Virus record (IMG/VR): IMGVR_UViG_3300001487_000106
Location: 1 to 64,000 of that record
Strand: one strand, 5' to 3'
From: a virus
Taxonomy: Duplodnaviria > Caudoviricetes
Length of the DNA: 64,000 nt
Position 1 is the stretch's first letter, and each line of letters begins with the position of its first letter. This document shows, piece by piece, positions 48,063-57,572 of the stretch. Both the position numbers and the translations under genes were made by a program. The notes beneath the pieces are model-generated. The model saw only the letters and a program-made list of their open reading frames with translations, made no database searches and was not told the DNA's origin.

Positions 48063-49874
48063 ATGGCATTAACATTCATTTCTGAATCCGCTAAGGATTT
48101 CCAGGAGACCGCAACCGTTGGTGGTTTCGGCGCTGGTGTAAAGAACACATTTGATGACATTTTTACTGAGGCTTATAACTCTATGCTTAATAACGGTGTC
48201 GATATGATGATTGATATCAATCCTATTATTAAGAATAAGGCTAAGCTGAACGCTGTTAAGGAGGCTCTTCTGGGCGAACTTAAGACTGAGTGCGCTAATA
48301 TGGATGATCCTGATGGCAGCTATGGTACACACGCTCATCTGTATGAGCAGGTTTCGCAGATGTTTGATAACTGCTGTGAGGATTTCGTCAAGGAGTCTAC
48401 CAGAGTTCCTCAGCTTCTGCCTATCAAGGCTATTGATTTCCCCATTCTGATTAAGCAGCAGCTGAAGCTTGCTACTAAGGATATTATTCAGACCGAGGTT
48501 ACAAAGAGCCCTATAATTAAGAAGCATATTGAGCAGACTTATATTGTTGATAACAATGATAAGACTAAGAGATGGAAGTATCCTCAGTGCTTCTTCACTG
48601 ACGAATTCAAGGAAGTATATGCAGCAGGTAAGGGTCTTCCTATCAAGAACACTGTTGTCAATCTTCCTGCTGTTGACTTTGATGTAGTTGCTAATCTGAC
48701 TGATGCTAATGCTGAGGGTTCAAAGACAAACGCTGCAAGAGAAGAGTTTACTATGGACCTGAAGATCATCAAGTTTGTTGTAGCAGATCCTGATGATGAT
48801 ACTAAGACTATTGAAGTACCTCTGAACAGACCTATGAGAATTAACCTCTCTGATAATATGTGGCTCGGTGGTAAGATTGATACCACTGTTACTGGTTCTG
48901 AAGGTACTGAACTGCACGTTGATGATATCGTTACCGGTGTTGTTGACTTTGTTACTAAGAGGACATCTGTAAACAGCCTGAAGGGTGTTGTTAAGGGTGT
49001 TGTATTTGACGGTTATCTGTCAAATGAAAAGAACGAGAGACACGTAACATTTGATTACGCTCGTGAAGAGATTGAGTGGAAGATTGAAGACGGTACCAGA
49101 GTAAACGTTCCTTATTCTCTCGAGGAGCTTGAGGACGCTAAGGCACTGATGGATATTGACCTCTATAAGAAGACATATAATAACCTCGCAGACTATATGA
49201 CTCAGATGGAAGATTCAACTATTCTTTCATGGCTGGATGAGCAGTTTAATCTGTATGATGGTGTTGAGATTTCTCAGGATGATATCCTTGGTTGGGGTTC
49301 ATTTATCACCAAGAGAGTATTTGACTGTGATTCTACTTCACTGACAACTGCTCTGCCTAATGAGTACATTGAGAAGATGCTCAAGTTTAAGATTGACAGA
49401 CTTATCATTGATATCTGTGATAAAGCTAAGCTTGAGGATATGACCTTCGTTATCTACGGTAACCCCAGATTTATTTCTCTGCTGAATCCTGTAGTAAACT
49501 GGATTACAAGACCTGGTTCCACTGCTAACGGCGTAAAGCTTGACTATAGCTATGGTATCATGACATCTGGTGATGTTAAGGTTCAGGTAGTTTCTACTAA
49601 GAAGGTTAATGCTTCGTATGATGAAGAGAAGAAGGAATTTAGCGGTATTCGTATTATTCCTTTCCCGCTCTCTAACGAACAGTTTACATTCAAGCACTAT
49701 AAGTATACGACTCATATTCTGACCGCTCAGAACTCTGCTTATCGAGCACCTGATCTGCCTGGTGGTTCAATGACTAACCTGATGGGTGTATCTAGATATA
49801 CTAATGCATCTATTCAGGGTATTCAGGCACAGCTTAAGTTTGCTAATGCGGAAGATTATATTAATCTGGATTAA
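48063..49874 (+). CDS. Major capsid protein
   Basis: Strong high-expression codon bias (aag/gag/ctg); processed-looking N-terminus (FVKES); position in the head cluster; size typical of this lineage. Confidence 0.75.
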   Translation: MALTFISESAKDFQETATVGGFGAGVKNTFDDIFTEAYNSMLNNGVDMMIDINPIIKNKAKLNAVKEALLGELKTECANMDDPDGSYGTHAHLYEQVSQMFDNCCEDFVKESTRVPQLLPIKAIDFPILIKQQLKLATKDIIQTEVTKSPIIKKHIEQTYIVDNNDKTKRWKYPQCFFTDEFKEVYAAGKGLPIKNTVVNLPAVDFDVVANLTDANAEGSKTNAAREEFTMDLKIIKFVVADPDDDTKTIEVPLNRPMRINLSDNMWLGGKIDTTVTGSEGTELHVDDIVTGVVDFVTKRTSVNSLKGVVKGVVFDGYLSNEKNERHVTFDYAREEIEWKIEDGTRVNVPYSLEELEDAKALMDIDLYKKTYNNLADYMTQMEDSTILSWLDEQFNLYDGVEISQDDILGWGSFITKRVFDCDSTSLTTALPNEYIEKMLKFKIDRLIIDICDKAKLEDMTFVIYGNPRFISLLNPVVNWITRPGSTANGVKLDYSYGIMTSGDVKVQVVSTKKVNASYDEEKKEFSGIRIIPFPLSNEQFTFKHYKYTTHILTAQNSAYRAPDLPGGSMTNLMGVSRYTNASIQGIQAQLKFANAEDYINLD

Positions 49875-49962
49875 TGCAGTTGTAAAAAATGATTTATAAG
49901 TAAAATAGAGAGTACAGTTTCTGTACTCTCTATTTTTTATCAAATTTCTATCAAAAACCAAT

Positions 49963-50047
49963 AACCTCATGGGTACTAACGCTGCTGTTCAAGGGTATTC
50001 AGGCACAGCTTAAGTTCGCTAACGTTGAGACTTATATTGAGATATAA
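49963..50047 (+). pseudogene. Degenerate second copy of the capsid gene 3' end
   Basis: NLMG-TNAAV(+1 nt)QGIQAQLKFANVETYIEI* vs NLMGVSRYTNASIQGIQAQLKFANAEDYINLD*. Confidence 0.8.
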
Positions 50048-50121
50048 TTGTGCGTTAATAATTTACTCCGAATTTTTATAAAAAAAATAAGCCCGACACA
50101 TATCAAGTGTCGGGCTTCATC

Positions 50122-50478
50122 TCATTCAGACTGACATCTCTTATGCCAGTCTGGTATAAGAGATGTCATTTCGGTAACTGAGAATCCTTTTCTCTTTATT
50201 TTTGTGTATCTTCTATACACAAAAATAAATTTCTCATAATCAGGGTCTTTGAAACCTGCCCCGCAGGTTCTACCTATATCTTCTGCGAGGTCTAAAATAC
50301 GCCCAGTTACCACCCCAGGCATGTCATTCTTCAGCCCTGAATAGAAAAGCCTTATCGCTACCTCTAAATTCTCATACTCAGGTGGATCTACAAATGCCTG
50401 GATAGCCATGGATAACCAGTAGCTTCTCCAGTATTTCTCTGTTTTTCTATTAGCTTTTTTTATTTGTCTTTTATTCAT
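50122..50478 (-). CDS. Small early hypothetical protein
   Basis: RBS GAGGAGG; early-type motif at 50575-50584; terminator 50089-50118. Confidence 0.75.
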   Translation of the reverse strand: MNKRQIKKANRKTEKYWRSYWLSMAIQAFVDPPEYENLEVAIRLFYSGLKNDMPGVVTGRILDLAEDIGRTCGAGFKDPDYEKFIFVYRRYTKIKRKGFSVTEMTSLIPDWHKRCQSE

Positions 50479-50482
50479 AATA

Positions 50483-50558
50483 AATCCTCCTCAGGATTAT
50501 TTCGTTTTTCTGACAAGGGATAACGAAACAGACTTGACATGTCTGAAAGAACCCTTTT
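50483..50558 (-). promoter_or_regulatory. Structured 5' leader, copy 1 (pseudoknot + SD hairpin)
   Basis: Aligns and covaries with 51024..51098. Confidence 0.6.
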
Positions 50559-50599
50559 ATTTATTTTCACTAAGATATTATATAAACAAAAAAAAACGA

Positions 50600-50635
50600 T
50601 TTACGGGGAACGTACTAAAAAATGGAATATACAAT
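50600..50635. repeat. 36-bp direct repeat, copy 1
   Basis: tttacggggaacgtactaaaaaatggaatatacaat, identical at 51207-51242. Confidence 0.95.
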
Positions 50636-50761
50636 TTCTTGAGATAAAAACAAGTATATATAAAAAAAAGAACGCTGTGTAAGATTGAATCTTACACAGC
50701 GTTCTTTTTACCAGAAGCACCACATGTAACGCGGTTGAAACCCATGCAGCGCTTCTAAACA

Positions 50762-51016
50762 TTAGAGAAGCTCTCTGAGCTTCTCTATTCCCTTTATGAA
50801 TCCTATATCAGGCACCTCCTCAAGGTTTGAAATCAGAGCGTTAATGACCGATTCAAAACTTTCTTCAGTCAGCTGATCTCCTATGGGATCAGCGATTGAA
50901 TTTGCGGCTGCTAAGATAGCGCAATCAGTATTAGATTGAAGTGATAACAAATCATAATAGAAGAGGTCCATGATGATGTCGTGAGCTCTGTTTGCTCTAC
51001 CAACTATATTTTTCAT
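50762..51016 (-). CDS. Small early hypothetical protein (84 aa)
   Basis: Start moved to MKNIVG after RBS AGGAGG; early-type motif at 51182-51191; terminator 50666-50708. Confidence 0.75.
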   Translation of the reverse strand: MKNIVGRANRAHDIIMDLFYYDLLSLQSNTDCAILAAANSIADPIGDQLTEESFESVINALISNLEEVPDIGFIKGIEKLRELL

Positions 51017-51023
51017 ATTATTA

Positions 51024-51098
51024 GTGCCTCCTAGCACAATACTTTGTTTTTGTGACAAGAGTAAACAAAGGAACATAGAAAGTTCGAAAAACTCTTTT
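51024..51098 (-). promoter_or_regulatory. Structured 5' leader, copy 2
   Basis: Same stem order and spacing as copy 1, with compensatory changes. Confidence 0.6.
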
Positions 51099-51206
51099 AA
51101 ATAATTTTTATGTAATCTTCTTATAATAACTAACTCAACGCCTTCGATATGAAGTTGATGCTATTATTTGATTACACTGAGATAGTATATAAACAAAAAA
51201 AATCAC

Positions 51207-51242
51207 TTTACGGGGAACGTACTAAAAAATGGAATATACAAT
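51207..51242. repeat. 36-bp direct repeat, copy 2
   Basis: Identical to 50600-50635; overlaps the late motif taca ataata taa (51237-51249). Confidence 0.95.
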
Positions 51243-51261
51243 AATATAAAGAAATCCTTAT

Positions 51262-52527
51262 ATGAAAGGAGTGTCATACACTTTGAAAATAAATCTCAAC
51301 AAAGACAAATTCAAAGAAATAGATAATGCATTTTCAGTCTTAATAGAAGACCCGCATAATAAAGCAGCTCTTGAAATTATAGAGAAATCTCTTACTGAAT
51401 GTTTTAAAGGAAAATTTACTATCAATGTAGTTAGCCCTACCAATGGTAAAATGTCTCCATTTTTTATTATGTCAGTATTTCCTGAGATGGATACTGTTAG
51501 TAAAATAATAAATGTAGTATCATCAGATGGTAATAAAAAAGATGATATTATAAGAAAGATATGGGAAAAGAATACAAACTGGGTTATAGAAATTGACGAA
51601 CGTATTTTTAATAAAACTGTGATAGAATTTACTCCCACAGAACTAACAGCTTTATTAATGCATGAGATTGGTCATGTAGTATTCTCTAATTCTGTACCAT
51701 ACAGAGTAACGACTGTTCTTCAATATGAGATTGCCCAGTCACATATGGAAAATAAAATATTACTTAAAGATCAATTCTTTAGGAAAATTTTATCTCTTCC
51801 TATTCTTAATGCTTGTGTAGCTGACGGTAAATCAAAGGATTCAATTAAATTTGAATTAAAAGCTGATAAGTTTGCTAAGAAAATGGGATATAGCAAAGAA
51901 TTATTTAGTGTATTGAATAAATTACTCAAATCTAATATGTATCCCAAGGGTAATCCTGATAAAGATATGGCAGCTATTACAAAATTTTCTATGGAAACTA
52001 TTGATCAGCTCAGAACACGTCAAGATCAACTAATGAAAAGAAATCTTATATCACTTAAGAAAGAATGTGCTAGTCCGTATATTGAAAGTGTTATAACTGA
52101 TTTCTATAATACATTTTTTCAGGAGCATGAAGATAGTTCAATGAGCAGTGAAAAGAAACTTCGCTGCATGAATGAAAGAGTTGAATATCTTATATATACA
52201 ACAGAGAGTCTTTTAACGCGAAAACTGGAAAAAATTGATCCTGCGACTTTTGATTATATAGATATAAAGATTCAAGAAATTAAATCTGAGTCTGATAAGA
52301 TGATGATAGTAAGTTATATTCATAGTAAGTTAGATATAGTTGAATATTATATATCTATACTTAATGACCCAAAACTTTCGAAGAAATACATCATACCATA
52401 TTCTATTGAACAACTTGAAATGATTAAAAAGAAGCTACTTCAGTCTAGAGCTAATGCAATGGCATTTAGAATTCCCGAAAGACAGAGAGGACTATTAATT
52501 GCATGGCCCGAAAACTATGATGGGTAA
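51262..52527 (+). CDS. HExxH zinc-metallopeptidase-like virion/head protein
   Basis: ALLMHEIGH and downstream ELKADKFAKKMGY. Confidence 0.7.
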   Translation: MKGVSYTLKINLNKDKFKEIDNAFSVLIEDPHNKAALEIIEKSLTECFKGKFTINVVSPTNGKMSPFFIMSVFPEMDTVSKIINVVSSDGNKKDDIIRKIWEKNTNWVIEIDERIFNKTVIEFTPTELTALLMHEIGHVVFSNSVPYRVTTVLQYEIAQSHMENKILLKDQFFRKILSLPILNACVADGKSKDSIKFELKADKFAKKMGYSKELFSVLNKLLKSNMYPKGNPDKDMAAITKFSMETIDQLRTRQDQLMKRNLISLKKECASPYIESVITDFYNTFFQEHEDSSMSSEKKLRCMNERVEYLIYTTESLLTRKLEKIDPATFDYIDIKIQEIKSESDKMMIVSYIHSKLDIVEYYISILNDPKLSKKYIIPYSIEQLEMIKKKLLQSRANAMAFRIPERQRGLLIAWPENYDG

Positions 52528-52591
52528 AAAATATTATTGAAAAAAAAATGACAATAATATAAATATTTTTTAATAAGGAGTGTTTATAACC

Positions 52592-53443
52592 ATGAAAGAA
52601 TTATCTATTTATGAAAAAGAATTCGATATTAACCTCGGTAAGATTAATACATTCTTTGAATATGCTTTCGGTGTTTATGCTGCCGAGTCTGCTATATATT
52701 CAGAAAGTGTCATATATGAAGGTACCGCTGAGGTTAAAGAAAAGATTAAGAAAACATTTGATGCTATAATTAAGGCTATTCGTGAATTTATCAATAAGTG
52801 TATTGCATCTATTCGAGAAAAGATGGCTGAAGCAAAACTGAAAAAAGGTTTTAAAGAATTTAATAAGATTAAAAAAGAACAGCTCAAGAATATGGTTACA
52901 AGAGGAACAATGAGCAAGACTGCAGCCAAAAATGTAATAAAAATGATAAAAAATGCTGAAGATGCTTATGTTAAAATATCACGATTAACCGAAAAGTGTT
53001 CAGCTGCTATTTTAAATAGTTCATCCGTTTCTGAAGCTGGTGAAATATTTAATAAGTATGAAAAAGAGTGTGATTCTATTCTTAAATCAGAACAAATTGG
53101 TGCTGATGTTGCAGCATTTATCAACTGGAAATCTAGTGATTGGGAGTCTATTGGAATATACTGCGATATGTCAATCATTGAAGAGAATAATAAACGTTTA
53201 TCAGCTATTATGGAAGATGCAGATAAACATATTTCTAATTTACGAAAACAAGCAGAATCTAAAGTTGATGATGCTGAGATTGATGAATCCGGTACAGCTA
53301 ATGAAAAGATAAGTGTAATACAAAAGATTACTGCTAAATTTTCTGAATTTGTAAAGAAAATTTCAAGCTTTTTAACACGTATAACAATAAATATCATGAA
53401 TGGAATTAATAAGGTTTTAACTGAAAGAAAAACTAGATCATAA
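52592..53443 (+). CDS. Probable internal head protein
   Basis: N-terminal YAAES/IYSES/VIYEG motifs, then amphipathic KKTFDAIIKAIREFINK; late motif at 52550-52562. Confidence 0.55.
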   Translation: MKELSIYEKEFDINLGKINTFFEYAFGVYAAESAIYSESVIYEGTAEVKEKIKKTFDAIIKAIREFINKCIASIREKMAEAKLKKGFKEFNKIKKEQLKNMVTRGTMSKTAAKNVIKMIKNAEDAYVKISRLTEKCSAAILNSSSVSEAGEIFNKYEKECDSILKSEQIGADVAAFINWKSSDWESIGIYCDMSIIEENNKRLSAIMEDADKHISNLRKQAESKVDDAEIDESGTANEKISVIQKITAKFSEFVKKISSFLTRITINIMNGINKVLTERKTRS

Positions 53444-53556
53444 TTGTATAAAAGAATAAGCTAAGAGAATTTAATTCTCTTAGCTTATTTTTATTTAGTA
53501 ACCACAAGTTATATAAATTAATTAAAAAAGTTTTTATTACTTATTTAATCAATTTT

Positions 53557-54285
53557 TTATAAATTAAATTTCTCCAACTTCTTTTCACGTTTATCTATTT
53601 CATATCTATATTTTTCTAAGTCATCTTTAGTTTCTCTGTAAATTTTATACAGTCTTTCTCTTGATTGTTTTAAACGGGTTATCGTAGTATTATATACGTC
53701 ATTTACTAATTCAAATTCATCAGGACCTATCTTATTCCTCGTGTTATTAATTTCTTTCTCATTTTCATCAAGCTCTTTTTTGACTTTTTCAAGTAATTCT
53801 CTAGCAACAGTATAATTCTTACTATACATCTCTAATTCTTTCTGAAGTTGTTTAATCAAATCTGCGTCATCATTTCTAGATTTTTCAAGTTCATCTTGTT
53901 TTCTTTTTTTCTCTTTCTCTCGTTCTAATCTTTCTTTTTCACGCTCATTTCTTTCTTTTTCATCGTGCTCATGCCACCATTTAATTTGATTTTCATTTTT
54001 TCTATCTTCTGCTTTTAACTGGTCTAGACGATGCTTTACAGCTATACCAGCAGCAACACCAATACCAACACCTATACCTATCTTTTCATTTCTTGACTTT
54101 TTATACATTTCATATTTCTTTTTCTCGGCTTCAGTAAGTTTCTCCTTCTTCTTTATCTTTTCTTTTATTCTTTTTATTTCCTCTTTATTCGTATTACTTG
54201 CTTCTAATAAAAGTAGCATCTTATCTTCACTTAATTTACCTTCATTGTATTTTTCAAATATGATATCATCAATAATATTAAACAT
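53557..54285 (-). CDS. Probable internal head protein (Gly-rich hydrophobic segment + coiled coil)
   Basis: IGIGVGIGVAAGIAV; N-terminal leader shared with the GNAT; late motif at 54317-54329. Confidence 0.55.
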   Translation of the reverse strand: MFNIIDDIIFEKYNEGKLSEDKMLLLLEASNTNKEEIKRIKEKIKKKEKLTEAEKKKYEMYKKSRNEKIGIGVGIGVAAGIAVKHRLDQLKAEDRKNENQIKWWHEHDEKERNEREKERLEREKEKKRKQDELEKSRNDDADLIKQLQKELEMYSKNYTVARELLEKVKKELDENEKEINNTRNKIGPDEFELVNDVYNTTITRLKQSRERLYKIYRETKDDLEKYRYEIDKREKKLEKFNL

Positions 54286-54392
54286 TAAGTAATCAGTCCT
54301 TTCAAGTATAATAACTTTATCAATTTGTTTTTTTTTTGTGTATAAATATGAAAATTATCTAATACACTTCTTTAAAATTTTTTAAATAGGAA

Positions 54393-55331
54393 GTGTATAA
54401 TATGTATATTGATAAAAATACTAAAAATAAAACATTTCAGAATATGTTTTATGAACTACAGGATAAAGGAGTAAACTATGTTGGTTCATCAGAAATACTC
54501 AAAACTGAGAATAAATCGTTACTAAATTTTGATTATCAAAATATGCCAGAATCAGACCCAATATCTGGACGAAGTTATTATGATATGATTCTATCAGAAT
54601 GTAAAAAAAATATATGGTTTTTCTTTAGAGAGATTGTACGTATACCAATTATAGGGCAAGATAGTACGTATGATCATTCAATGCAGTTTCCTCTAAATAA
54701 AACGTCATTACTCATGATTTGGTGTTACGAAAATAAGATACCTTTTTTTGTAGTTGGTGATACAAAGAAATCAGAAATGCGAATCGTAACGCTACAGTTA
54801 CTTTGTCTTTATGATTTTTTGTTTCATTATAACAGTACACCATATATGCACATCATAACCGATGAAAATGATGTTGTAAATCATCTTAGTGATCTACAGG
54901 ATGATTTTGAAACATATTCAAGCATTAATAGCGCTGTAATACCAAGACTACTTACTATGAATTTCTATCACGCTGTTACTGCAGGAAATATAAATAAATC
55001 TTTATCTTGTGGGATTGACAATATCAATTTTAAAAATGATGATGAGACAAAATATTTTGGAAACTATTTTGGATTCTCTGTGGGTAAAAACAAACATCTT
55101 TGTAAGATTTTAAGTACACTTAAGAAAACTATGCCAAATGATACTCATATAGCATTTGAAGCTAATATTCATGATATATGCGATAGTGATATTGGATATT
55201 ATATTCTTGATTTGATGCCTAAGATTACAACTGAATATATATCAAAAGAAGACGATGGTGAAAAGTTTACACATCAGCATTTTATTCAGAATCATTTGAG
55301 AAATAGTATATGTGTGATAATTGATGAATAG
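54393..55331 (+). CDS. Degenerate paralog of the terminase large subunit N-terminal region
   Basis: ILSECKKNIWFFFREIVRIP vs IMTECMRNPWYYLREISRIP; no Walker A. Confidence 0.65.
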   Translation: MYNMYIDKNTKNKTFQNMFYELQDKGVNYVGSSEILKTENKSLLNFDYQNMPESDPISGRSYYDMILSECKKNIWFFFREIVRIPIIGQDSTYDHSMQFPLNKTSLLMIWCYENKIPFFVVGDTKKSEMRIVTLQLLCLYDFLFHYNSTPYMHIITDENDVVNHLSDLQDDFETYSSINSAVIPRLLTMNFYHAVTAGNINKSLSCGIDNINFKNDDETKYFGNYFGFSVGKNKHLCKILSTLKKTMPNDTHIAFEANIHDICDSDIGYYILDLMPKITTEYISKEDDGEKFTHQHFIQNHLRNSICVIIDE

Positions 55332-55471
55332 AACAAAATTATAAAAAGTACCTCCGAAGTTTTATCTTCATATTTAAACGATACGAATGGACTGACATAC
55401 CATTCGTATCGTTTATTTTTTAAGCATGAATACTTTATTATAATCAATATTTTTTGAAAGGAGAAAAAAAT

Positions 55472-57203
55472 ATGGCTAAATCTCGTATTGCAAGAATAGG
55501 TGATAAGTTATATGACTTAGGAACACAGAATAGGTCATTTTTACAGGTTGCAAAAGATTTACAAACAGTTGGAATCAAAAATTGCTATTTTATGCTTGAA
55601 ATATATGATTATAGTTTGGTAAATATTGACCCGTTTTCTGTTGGACCCGATGGCCATACTAATTTAACACAAGATCAAATAACTAGAATTATGACAGAAT
55701 GTATGAGAAATCCTTGGTATTATCTTCGTGAAATATCTAGAATTCCTGATCCAGGTGGTACTGCTGTGCCATATAAGGCAAATAGGGGTAATATTGCACA
55801 GGCATGGTGTATTTTACATGGTTTAGACTCATGGTTAAATTTAACACGTCAACAAGGTAAAACACAGTCAGCAATTGCTATGGAAACATGGATGTACTCA
55901 TTTGGTACTTCGCAATCTCAATTTATATATATAAATAAATCGGGTGAAGATAGTAAAACAAATCTTAAGAGAACTGGTGACCAAATAAGATTTTTACCTG
56001 AATATTTAAGATTTGAATCATTTACTGATGATGATGGCAAGGTTACAAAAGCAACTAATAATGCTACAAAAATGGGACATCCTATAAATGGTAATACTAT
56101 TATTACTAAAGCTAAAGCAACATCATATGATACTGCATTATCATTGGCTAGAGGTCTTACATCGCCAATACAACATTTTGATGAGGCTGAGTTTACACCT
56201 CATATAAAAACTATAGTAGCAAACTCGGTATCTACATATGAAACTGCAGCAGCTAGAGCTAAAGCGAATGGTGCTATGTATGCTCGTATATTTACTAGCA
56301 CACCTGGAGATCTTGATTCACCTGCTGGTCAAGAGGCACAGGAAATTTTAGATAAGACTGCTAAATGGACCGAACGTCTTTATGATATGACTGAAGAAGA
56401 AATACAGGAATACATAGATTCACAAGGTAAAGATTGTAACAAGATTCTTTATATAGAATATCAGTATTATCAAATAGGATTAACTGAAGATTGGTTAAAA
56501 AATATATCTGCTAAAATTGGAGATCCCTTAACAGTAAGACGTGAAATACTACTTCAAAGATTACACGGTTCATCACTTTCTCCATTTAATCAAGAAGATA
56601 TTCAATATCTTATTGAGATTGCTCATAAACCAATAGATGAAATGTGGTTACTTGAATATTATAGATTTGATATATACAAAAAACTTAATCCACGTATAAC
56701 TTATCTTATCGGCGTCGACTGTTCAACGGGAACTAACGGAGATAATAATGCTATTACAATATTGAATCCATATACGTTAGAAGTGGAAGCTGAATTTGAA
56801 TGTTCATATATTGGTGAAACAAAATTTGAAGCATTACTTATAGAACTAATAGGTATTTTACCTAGAGCAGTATTATGTATCGAAAGAAATAGTGTTGGTG
56901 ATTCCATTATAGACCATCTTCTTAATAGTAAAATACGTGCAAATCTTTATTATGATAGAGCTAAAGATTTAGTTGAAGATAATGCTATAGCATCTGGTAC
57001 TATTGAATCTATGCTTAAAAAACAAGCATCAATGAAATCATATTATGGAGTCTATACAGGTACTAAATCTCGTGAAGATATGATGGCTATTCTAGTAAGA
57101 CATGTCCAAGAATATAAAGAAAAATTTATTACTCAAAACATAACAAGAGATATATCAAGATTGATAAGAACATCATCTGGTAAAATTGAGGCAGGACCCG
57201 GTT
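55472..57203 (+). CDS. terL: Terminase large subunit, exon 1
   Basis: Walker A TRQQGKT, Walker B HFDEAEF, TSTPG, nuclease IGVDCS and IERNSVG; RBS GAAAGGAG. Confidence 0.93.
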
Positions 57204-57572
57204 CAAAAAATCAAAAATTAAAAAGCATTCATCATGAGGACCGGGATAAACTCCTTTAATTGCGGGGAACTCTCGTTAGGTCTTAACTACTAAACTAATA
57301 TTTATATTAGTGGCGAAGGGTAACTCCTTAGGTATAGTAAAAAGGTTAAGAATAGAGACAATCCGCAGCCAAGGCTCTTATTAAGAGCAAGGTTCAACGA
57401 CTATCGAAAGCATAGCTTAAGAGAAATACTTAAGTAAAGAAGTGAGTAGAGTAGTGCCTATTTATAGGTTAGTTTTATGGTGATATTAGCCATAAGTAAT
57501 TCTATTAAAACGAAATGGGGAGCTCTTCATATTTGGTAATAGAATATGAAGATGATGATATAGTCTATATTG
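57204..57572 (+). mobile_element. Group I intron (IA-like, 369 nt, no homing endonuclease)
   Basis: P AATTGCGGGG (57258), Q AATCCGCAGC (57360), R GTTCAACGACTA (57392), S GATATAGTCT (57557); P1 with U57203.G57239; 10-bp P10; terminal G57572; splicing restores GPG-F-HDD. Confidence 0.92.

Noticed and set aside
49790-50047. Diversity-generating retroelement TR/VR pair at the capsid 3' end
   Set aside because: Differences are not adenine-specific, include indels, and no reverse transcriptase is present in the window
57204-57572. ORF-track tail SKNQKLKSIHHEDRDKLL and separate ORF start MGSSSY at 57515
   Set aside because: Both are intron sequence; the two ORFs are exons of one terminase
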